A stretch of 64,000 bases of DNA from assembly GCA_951406725.2 (NCBI GenBank), contig OX597827.1, positions 43,276,001 to 43,340,000 of the forward strand, read 5' to 3'. The stretch is from Octopus vulgaris. Lineage: Eukaryota. Every line of letters starts with the position of its first letter. The first letter of the stretch is position 1. This document shows positions 53,213-64,000 of this stretch, piece by piece. The position numbers and the translations under genes are program-made. Below the pieces are notes generated by a model. The model made no database searches and was not told where the DNA came from. It saw only the letters and a program-made list of their open reading frames with translations.

Positions 53213-54074
53213 GATGCATACACACGTATATATGTACATACATATACGTATGTATGCATGTATATACATATACACATTGATATATATGTATATATATACA
53301 TATGTGTATATATATATGTGTGTATATATATATACATTTATATATCCTCTTACCAAATATAAAATTATGTTTACAAATATGTGTATACGTGTGTATGTGT
53401 ATGTGTATATATGTATATATGTACGTGTATGTATATGTGTATACATGTCCATAGAAATAAATGATTTGATTATGTGGAATGAAAAGAAAAAGAAGAAAAA
53501 TAGAATGAAGTAAAATAAAATAATCATAAAACAGGTAAAACAAAATTAGATTAAAATAATCGGACAGAAAAAGGCGAAACAATACGCTTCCAGCAACAGG
53601 AACAATGTCGGGAGAAGTGCATTGTGGGAACGTTCAGACTATTACTCCAGATACAACCACTGTAAGCTTCTATGTGTGTGTGTGTATGTGTGTGCGTGTG
53701 CGTGTGTGTGTGTGGTGTGTGTGTGTATGTATGTATATTTTTTCTGTACATATCTGCATACACCTATGAAGGACACATACACACACACATACACACGCAT
53801 ATATGTATGTATATATCTTGTACCTCTATTAATTGTTTCAGTCAATAGATAGAGCAATGGAGAGATAGAGAGAGAGAGAGAGGGGGGGGGAGAGAGAGAG
53901 GCTTACATGGATATACACACAATCTCACAGACACACAGAAATATACATGTATATACATACACATATACATAAATCTACACACACATATATATACATATAC
54001 ATATATAATATATAATATGTATATATATACGTGAGTATATAAATATATATATATATATATATATAGATACATAC

Positions 54075-54109
<35 letters not shown>

Positions 54110-54111
54110 CA

Positions 54112-54167
<56 letters not shown>

Positions 54168-54495
54168 CTACACGTGCATTTTCCCACACACGCACCATAT
54201 ATATATATGCATTCATAAATACATGCATGCCTGTATGTATGTTTAAGTGCATGTGTGTGTGTGTGTATGTGTGTGTGTGTGTGCGTGTGTGTGTGCGTGT
54301 GTCTGTGTACTGAGTGCTCGTCCATTGATCTCGGTGCATCGTCTGAATGCTCAGAAAAATGTACCTGGTTAAACCCCGGGTGTATAAAGATACCCGACTT
54401 CTGTTTACCCGCTTTTGTGTAGACTCAAAGGCACCCTGAGGCCATTTAAGGGTGTTCGAGGATGCTTATTCATACATATTCTTCGACACATGCAT

Positions 54496-54552
<57 letters not shown>

Positions 54553-54660
54553 CACTCACTCACTCATACAGACACACACAGATAAGCCTTACGTAAGCAT
54601 ACGTTTAATTGCATACATATGTATATATGTGTAATGTATGCATGCATGTATGTATGTATG

Positions 54661-54691
<31 letters not shown>

Positions 54692-55042
54692 GAGTGAATG
54701 TATGTACGTATGTATGCATGCATGTATGTATGTATGTACGTATGTATGTATGTATGTATGTATGTATGTATGTATGTATGTATGTATGTATGTATGTATG
54801 TATGTATGTATGTATAGAAACAAACCATACGTGCGTGAGGATACACATACACACACCCATATATATAAACTCTAACATACATTTGCACAAAAAAACTTCT
54901 TCATTCATTCACTTTCTGCTCTTTTTCCTCTTTTTATGAACTTCGTTCTCTATCTATTTTCCTCTCTTTCTCTCTCTCTATCACTCTTTCTATCTGTCTT
55001 TGTCTGTCTGTCTTTCTCTCTCTCTCTCTCTCTCTGTCTGTT

Positions 55043-55190
<148 letters not shown>

Positions 55191-55560
55191 GCTACTCTCT
55201 GGTCAATCTCTCATCAACTTCTTCAAGTATCACTTGAAGAGAAAGTGAGAGTAGAGAGGCAAGTTTTGTCTAGTGAATGTTTTAAAAAAAGATGGTGAAT
55301 GTATATATATTGATTATGATTCTATGAACTGTAAAAATTAATACAGAGAGTTGCTTATTTGCAAAAAAAAAAAAAAGAAATATAACATGTGACATATATG
55401 GTCTTTTCCGTATATATATGTATATATATGTATTACGATCCCTATATGTCCTCTTTCTTTCCTTTTATCCCTTTTGATCGAAAACCAACCCCTACCCCCA
55501 AAAGAAAAGCTCTACCTTGTAATTTGTTCTGTCTATCCCTGTGTGGCTAATAAAGAAACA

Positions 55561-55609
<49 letters not shown>

Positions 55610-55707
55610 ATCTATCTATCTATATATATATATCTGTCTATCACTCTTTCTGTCTGTCTTTGTCTCTGTCGGTCTTTGTGCTTTTGTCTCTGTCTGTCTT
55701 TATCCCC

Positions 55708-55763
<56 letters not shown>

Positions 55764-55896
55764 GTATATATATATATTTGTACAGGTTGTCCTAAAAGTC
55801 CGTGATAGGTTTGAACTTTTATTAACTTCCTTAACTTTCTCTATTGATGTTCTCCTTCAGTTGCACCAAAGTCCCAAGCATCCCCACAGCAGCCAT

Positions 55897-55956
55897 ATTA
55901 AAACTCCGAGTTTCAGATATCGGGGCAGAAACCCATGCCAGCATCTCTTCAGTTAT
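55897..55956 (-). ncRNA. Type-I hammerhead-like motif, left arm of inverted pair
   Basis: Minus strand ATAA-CTGAAGA-GATGCTGG...CCGATATC-T-GAAA-CTCGGAG-TT-TTAA. Confidence 0.6.
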
Positions 55957-55979
55957 CAGAGCATTTTTTTCGATGGCTC

Positions 55980-56040
55980 GATAACTGAAGAGATGCCGGC
56001 GTGGGTTTTCGCCCCGACATCCGAAACTCGGAGTTTTATT
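55980..56040 (+). ncRNA. Type-I hammerhead-like motif, right arm of inverted pair
   Basis: Stem I ATAA/TTAT; canonical core CTGAAGA (55985-55991); stem II GATGcCGG/CCGaCATC; GAAA (56023-56026); quasi-palindromic stem III AAACTC-G-GAGTTT; GUU triplet ending at 56035. Confidence 0.7.
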
Positions 56041-56320
56041 ATGGCTACCGAATGACTGTCACATATTATATTCACAGATAAATTCCTCAGTTTACATAAT
56101 ATCGAGGTCTCTTTCATTCTTTTGTTGTCTTACCATTTCTATAAAGTTGCCTCCCGATTACCGCTATTTTTCCGTAAGGGCTAATGTCCCCTCTATGTTT
56201 AGCCCCTTGTGGGCAGTAAAGAAATATAATATAATGAAAATCGTCAGAAATCGGTTGAGGACTCCGCCCCGCAGAAGAATTCAATTTGGACGCCTACTAC
56301 ATCGATTATTCTATGAAACA

Positions 56321-56355
<35 letters not shown>

Positions 56356-56413
56356 GTACACATACACACACACGCACATATACACACACATACACACACA
56401 TACGCACACATAT

Positions 56414-56800
56414 GGCACAGGCGTTGCTGTGTGGTAAGCTTGCTTTTCAACCAAATGGTTCCAGGTTGCGTAGCTCCTTGGGCAAGTGCCTTTTACTATA
56501 GGCTCTGGCCGACCAAAGCCTTGTGAGTGGATTTGGTAGACGGAAACTGAAAGAAGCTTGTCGTGCATATATATGTACGTATGCATTTGTGCGTCTGTGT
56601 TCGTCCCTCCCGCTCTATTGCTTGACAACTGATGTAAATGTACTTACATCCCAGTAACTCAGCGGTTCGGCAAAAGTAACCGATAGAATAAATACTATGG
56701 TTACAAAGAATAAGTCCTGGGTTCGATTTGTTCAACCAAAAGTGATGCTCCAGCATGGCCGCAGTCAAATCACAGAATTGAGTAAAAGAGTACGAGTAAA
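56414..56800 (+). mobile_element. SINE family A
   Basis: Full-length diverged copy. Confidence 0.85.
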
Positions 56801-57369
56801 AGAATATATATGTACGTTTATATCTACACACACACACAATCATATGTATGTACACCCATATGAGTCTGTGTGCGCACGAGTATGTGTGTGTACACTTGTA
56901 TACGTTTGGATACAGAATCGAGAGGAAATTTGTTTTTATGCTGATGTATAGTTTATCCACGCATCGAAAGCTGATCTTCCCTCCGTCGTTACTCCGAGTT
57001 TTCCTTTTAATGTACCGCTTCTGAATGAGACCGAGATGCGAATCACCTTACAACAACCTTCAGGAATTCGATTGTCTGTTATTAAGAAGTCAATCGTGTG
57101 CGACTGTTTAAAATAAACTTGCTCTTTTTTTAATTTTGCTGTCGACGTCTACGGAAAATGTAGGACCCTGATCCATTGATGATTCGAGAGGGTGGTCACT
57201 TTTTACATGCTGTTGTGAAATGATGCTATGATCTTTACCGAAGTGATTTTGGCACCGTCACCTGCCTTATACACTATGCAGGTATCATCTCCTTTGTAGT
57301 TAGATATTTTTGAACAGCATTTCTCTGTCGTTATTGCCACTTTGATACTACCTCTTTTAATAGTCTCTT

Positions 57370-57768
57370 CTACTCTTTTACTTGTTTCAGTCATTTGACT
57401 GCGGCCATGCTGGAGCACCGCCTTTAGTCGAGCATATCGACCCCGGGACTTATTCTTTATCGGTGTCTTTTATCGGTCTCTTTTGCCGAACCGCTATGTG
57501 ACGGGGACGTAAACACACCAGCATCGGTTGTCAGGCAATGCTAGGGGGACAAACACAAACACACAAACATATACACACACATACATATATATATATATAC
57601 ATATATACGACAGGCTTGTTTCAGTTTCCGTCTACTAAATCCACTCACAAGGCATTGGTCGGCCCGAGGCTATAGCAGAAGACACTTGCCCAAGATGCCA
57701 CGCAGTGGGACTGAACCCGGAACCATGTGGTTGGTAAGCAAGCTACTTACCACACAGCCACACCTGCG
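57370..57768 (-). mobile_element. SINE family A, full length
   Basis: Near-consensus copy. Confidence 0.9.
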
Positions 57769-57774
57769 TCTGGT

Positions 57775-58330
57775 CTGTATGAGAATATTAAATTTCTTAG
57801 CAGGGCATGTAGGCATCGTTTCATTCAGCTGTGTAGTCGGCTTCTATTTCAACAACAGATCAGGATCTTTCGATATTGTTGATTACCATCTCTTAGATTC
57901 CAGATATACTTGGACAGTGAAATTTCTTTTAATTCTGGAACCGAAGGAGTACATGTGCTGGGTGTTTCTGCACTTGAATGTGTTTCCAGTCAGCCGATAT
58001 TATTTCCTATGTCTTCTCATTATCGACGGCCGATTGTACTTTGAATGGATGCACTAGTGGCTTTCTTAGGCACATTCTATGGAGCGGGCATGATGTAGAA
58101 TCGCTGGTATAGCTTTCAGGTAATAGAAACAGTTTTACTGCTTCGTCAAAGAGAGTGAGTAGGTTTATAACCATTTTGTGAGGTATACAAAACCGAAGGA
58201 TTAGTGAGAGACCCACTTCGAATGCCTACGACACACTAGATTCCGAAAAGAAAAGAAACGTGGCAATGTAGTTTTCCACATTTCCGACTTCATTAAAAAA
58301 GTTTTAAATCGTAGAGCAGGATTTAATGGG
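57775..58330 (-). pseudogene. Penelope-like GIY-YIG endonuclease fragment
   Basis: Minus strand SCPLHRMCLRKPLV...LTGNTFKCRNTQHMYSF...SKYIWNLRD. Confidence 0.75.
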
Positions 58331-58879
58331 GTTATTGTTATAATCTCTAATCGATCAAACATCTACGTAGTGATACTAGTGTTAACTCGTTGTTGACCTG
58401 TAAATAAAAGGAAATAGCAGCTAGAACCAATAATATTCTTCTCTTGTCTATATAAGTAACGCCATTGTTATAGATCGAAATGGTTACATTATTCAATACG
58501 CTCTTCCTTTTTTATGACAACAGGGTTTGATATGAGGGGTATTTGATTACTATTTTTAGCAAGTTAGGGGCTATTGAAACACCTGCTCAAAGTGCTACAC
58601 AGTGGGACTGAGCCCAGAACCGCATGGCTTAGAAGCAAACTTCTTGCCACACAGCCACTATAAATTGGTATATATGTGTGGATATTTCTGTGTATGAGTA
58701 CGTATATATAACTGTGGTTATGTGCCATAGTATATGTTCATGTATGCGAATGTGTGTGTGTATGTGTGTGTGGGTGGGTGTGGGTATGTATGTATTAATG
58801 TATACGTATGTGTATACACACCACACTATTACATATTTACATACCTACTTACACACACATATATATTTACTTGTATGTA

Positions 58880-58910
<31 letters not shown>

Positions 58911-59060
58911 ATATGTATATATATGTGTGTATATAGATGTGTGTTCGTATGCGCGTATAGCTGGGTACGCTATGTGTAAGTGCATCAATGTGACACATTT
59001 AAGAATATGTGTACACCAAATGTATGTATATGTATATATATATATATATTATTGTATTTA

Positions 59061-59127
<67 letters not shown>

Positions 59128-59300
59128 ATGTATGTATCAATGTATACGTATGTATATACACACGCACACATATATACATATTTACATACCTACTCACACA
59201 CACATATATATATTTACAGGTATGCGTATATGTATATATATATATGTATATGTATATGTGTGTGTGTGTGTGTGTATGTATGTATATATATATGTATGTC

Positions 59301-59383
<83 letters not shown>

Positions 59384-59654
59384 ATATGTGCGTGCGTGTG
59401 TGTGTGTGTATGTATGTATACATATGTATGTGTGTGTGTACAGTTGAGTCCACCGTGTAATTATTAGCCACCGCATTAATTTCCTGTTAATTCGTTTGTT
59501 TGGGAAAAAAATTTTTTTGAATTAGGTGAAATCGGGGGAGAAATGTGTGTGTGCATTTGTGTATTCGTACTTACGTGTATATATGTGTGTGTGTGTGTGT
59601 GTGTGAAATTAACTATTTTAATTAACATTTGGAAATTGATCAATTCATATTGAA

Positions 59655-59694
59655 CAGCGACAACGACGACGACTATGACGATGATAATGAGGAC

Positions 59695-59742
<48 letters not shown>

Positions 59743-59959
59743 GGTGGTGGCGGCGGTGGTGGTGGAGGTTGTGGGGGTGGCGATGGTGGCGGTGGTGATG
59801 GTGGTGGTTGTAAAGATGATGATAATGATGATGATGATGATCTTCCTCTTTCTCCTCCTCCCTTTCTCCTTCGCCTCCTCCTCCTCATCACCACCATCAT
59901 CACCGGTGTTGCTGTCCTTGTCGTCATCTTCATCGTCATGATCCTCGTTATCATCATTG

Positions 59960-60018
<59 letters not shown>

Positions 60019-60839
60019 GTTATCGTCGTCGTCGTCGTCGTCATCATCATCATCACCAGCAGCAGCATCATCATCATCATCATCATCATCATCACCAGCA
60101 TCCTCATCATCGTTATCGTCGTCGTCGTCGTCGTCATCATCATCGTCACCAGCAGCAGCATCAGCATCATCATCATTATCATCATCATCATCACCAGCAT
60201 CCCCATCATCATCGTTATCATCGTCGTCGTCGTCATCATCATCATCACCAGCATCATCATCATCATCATCAGCAGCAGCATCAGCATCATCGTCGACGTC
60301 GTCATCATCGCCATCATCATCATTGTCGTAATCGTCGCCGTCGTTCTCATCAACCCGATCATCCACCCCGCCCACCCACTTCTCTGTGTTCCTTAACACC
60401 ACATCTGCAACCACAGTTGTCACCACCACTACTCCGCCACCATCTCTGTGCCATTACCCTCTCCACCATCACTACCACCAGCACCGCCACTACCACCAGC
60501 ACCGCCACTACCACCACCACCACCACCAACCACCACACCACCACCAACAACAACAACAACAACAACAACAACAGCCATCAGCAACACCAACACCACAACC
60601 ATCACTGCCACTAACACTACCACAATCACAACCATCACCTCTGACACTACCGCAACCACCATTGCCATCGCTAACAGCATCACACCACCACTACCACTGT
60701 TGACACCACAACCATCTGCAACTCCACCGCTGCCGCCGCCACAACCACCGCCACTACCACAATATCTGTCATCATCACTATCAACGTTGACGCCACCGCC
60801 ACCACCACTGCCGCCACCACCACCACCACTGCCGCCACC

Positions 60840-60905
<66 letters not shown>

Positions 60906-61615
60906 GCTGCTGCTACTACTGCCACTACTACTACTACTACCACCACGACTGCTACAACAACAACTACTACTACTACTACTTCTACTATTACCACCACAAA
61001 GAACCATAGCAATCTGGACAGAACTACCACTGCCACCACTCACCTCTGATGTTGCCATTATCCCCACTCCACACTGAGCCCCATTCTTACGAAACACCAG
61101 TAACATCACTAGCATCACCACCGTTACCACCACCACCACCACCACCACCACCAAGCCACTACCATAATCCAACGTCTATTACCACAAGCATACTTAACAC
61201 CCGTACCTTTTTGCGTCGTTACCAACCGTTACTACAACCGCCAACACCAAAAGCTAACTCCACCACCAACGACAACAACATAATTAGCACCGTCATCGCC
61301 AACACCACCACCTACATCATTAGTACCACCACAACCACAACTACAACTGCTGCTGTCATAAACACAACCACCACACAATCACCACCACCAATACCTCCAT
61401 CACCATCACCACCTCCTAGCACCACCACGACCACCACTGACAACAACATCAACAACACCACCATCAATACCACCAGCCCCATCGACACCACCAGTAGCAC
61501 CAGTAACGCCACTAGCACTATCATGATCAGTAGCAGCAGCAGCAGCAGTAGCAGCAGCAGCAGCAGTAGCAGCAGCAGCAGCAGTAGCAGCAGCAGCAGC
61601 AGTCAGCAGTAGCAG
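59655..61615. repeat. Trinucleotide low-complexity block (GAT/GGT, CAT/CGT, CAC, CTA, CAG)
   Basis: Directly visible; source of the long poly-D/P/T/S ORFs. Confidence 0.95.
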
Positions 61616-62547
61616 TCACAACACAGGTAAGACCACCATCACCATAAAGACCACCTTCAAAACCACCCCCACCTCGCTGGTATTCTTACCAGAAGCACTG
61701 GTAGTAATACCACTAAGAATATGAAAAAAAAATCGTCACCGCTACTACCATGCACGTCGCCGCTGCCAGTACCATCCCCAACACCACCGCCAACGACAGG
61801 ACTCATACCACCACCATCGCTAGGACTCATACCACCACGACACTTAGTAATACGCTCATACCGGCATCAATTAGAACAATCACCACTACCTGGGCCGGTT
61901 CAAGGTACCGGCAATTCGGGCAGTCGTAGGGGGCGCTATGTACTACGGGACGCCAAGGAGGGCGTAACAAATACAAGGAAATTTCCACGCCTGTCAGCTT
62001 GTAGACTGACCACTACCACCATTACCACCACCATCACCGCAACTCCATGCCTACATTTCATGCTTATGAGCATTTCACATATAACTACATTTCACATGTA
62101 TGTACATACCTACATTTCCCACCAACATACATTTCACGCATACGCAAGTTTCGTACACAGCGTTCTGCATATACCTACATTCCTTGTACACTCACATTTC
62201 ACAAATGCCAACAATTCACACATACCTATATTCCTCACAAACATTCCATACATGCCGGTACTTCATACATACCTACATTTCATACATGCTTACAATTTCC
62301 CCACATATACATTTCACACCTACATTCATTCCACCACACATACATTCCACTACACATACATTTAACCACACATACATTATACCACACATATATTCCAAAC
62401 GTGCTTATATTCAACACAAGCCTACACATCAGATACGTCTACATTCCACGCATTCATACATTCCACCCGCACGTATATTCGATATGTGCCAATATTCCAT
62501 ACACACCTACATCAGACAATCTTACACTTCATGTAATTTTTACGTTT

Positions 62548-62920
62548 TATCTTTTACTTCTTTCAGTTAATAGACTGCGGCCATGCTGGGGCATTGCCTT
62601 AAATTTTTAGCTGAATAAATCGACCCAGTACTTATTTTTTTTAAACCTTGGCATTTATTCTATCGGTGTCTTTGACAGAACCGCTAAGTTACGGGTACGT
62701 AAACAGACTAACAAAAGTTGTCAAGCGATGATTTAAAACAAACACAGACACAAAGAGATACGCGCACACACACACACACACACACATACGACGGGCTTCT
62801 TTCAGTTTCAGCCAAACAAATCCACTTTGGTCGGCGCGAGGCTATAGTAGAAGACTGAAGCGGGACTGAACCCGGAACCATGTAGTTGCGAAGCAAGGCA
62901 AGCTTCCTACCACACAGCTA
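62548..62920 (-). mobile_element. SINE family A, diverged
   Basis: Tail, internal (CA)n and head recognisable. Confidence 0.8.
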
Positions 62921-62952
62921 TATACATACACACACACACGCACGCGCGCGCG

Positions 62953-62992
<40 letters not shown>

Positions 62993-63139
62993 TATATATA
63001 CATATATATATATATACACACACATATATAAAGATATATGTATATACATATATATATAGATATAAATATATATACACATATATAAATCTATACATATATA
63101 TACATATATATACATATATATATATATACATATATATAT

Positions 63140-63207
<68 letters not shown>

Positions 63208-63276
63208 CATATATATGTATATATATATACCATATATATGTATATATATATATTTATATATGTATATTTATATATT

Positions 63277-63309
<33 letters not shown>

Positions 63310-63384
63310 CATATATCTTTATATATGTGTGTGTGTATATATATATATATATGTATATGTATACACACACACACACACACACAC

Positions 63385-63461
<77 letters not shown>

Positions 63462-63723
63462 TTATATTTCCTAGATGTCTATATTCTACATTTACCTCTA
63501 TTCCACACTTACATTACCCACTTGTCATGCAGACAACATCTCTTCCCACCTTTATTCCTCGTGTTTTCTACACGTCTTCTTTTCTTTTTCTTCTTCTTTT
63601 TTCTTTTTCTTCGTTCTTCCTACTTTTCTCTTCTTTTCTTTTTCTTTTTCCTGACATTTAAATCTGTCTAACGCTTCCAAAAATGACACATAGCTACTTA
63701 CTTCGGAGCACGCACGCACACAC

Positions 63724-63789
<66 letters not shown>

Positions 63790-63955
63790 ACAAACATACG
63801 CACGCACGCACAACCACACATACAATTACACATGTATACACGCAGTACCACGCCTACACACGATGTAAGCTTTATATTTAACGTCATTCTGATATTGTGT
63901 ACGACATATCACTGATTATTCGCTGAACATAGGAACATTATACACGTTTATATCC

Positions 63956-64000
<45 letters not shown>

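Noticed and set aside
56940-57365. Possible further Penelope coding relic
   Set aside because: No motif could be read confidently in any frame.
59476-61612. Poly-D, poly-P and poly-T ORFs resembling acidic or mucin-like proteins
   Set aside because: Open in several frames on both strands, with no splice or domain evidence; low-complexity DNA.
61890-61965. GC-rich GGGCCGGTTCAAGG...GGGCAGTCG segment resembling a hAT-type MITE end (also 19996-20170)
   Set aside because: No clear partner TIR or 8-bp TSD found.

Overview
Eukaryotic, AT-rich, extremely microsatellite- and repeat-dense DNA, apparently intronic or intergenic. The SINE repertoire and the (TA)n/(CA)n/(TACA)n/(GA)n load suggest a cephalopod, probably Octopus (inference). 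No intact host protein-coding gene could be supported; nearly all listed ORFs are translations of simple repeats or SINEs. Recognisable content: decayed non-LTR retrotransposon fragments (RTE reverse transcriptase, Tx1/L1 and other APE endonuclease pieces), Penelope-like element (PLE) fragments (RT and GIY-YIG), mariner and Tc1 transposase pseudogenes, pogo/Tigger-type terminal inverted repeats (TIRs), non-autonomous Helitrons, and dozens of tRNA-derived SINEs of at least four families. The most interesting signal is a set of minimal type-I hammerhead-ribozyme-like motifs on short, (TA)n-embedded, probably PLE-dependent elements. These include an inverted twin-hammerhead hairpin (55891-56046) and three copies sharing a non-canonical CUGUNGA core. 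Other notable structures are a perfect 78-bp hairpin, a SINE trimer enclosed by one target-site duplication (TSD), a Helitron flanked by a ~125-bp direct repeat, and a nested TIR composite. All calls were made by eye and coordinates of decayed elements are approximate.
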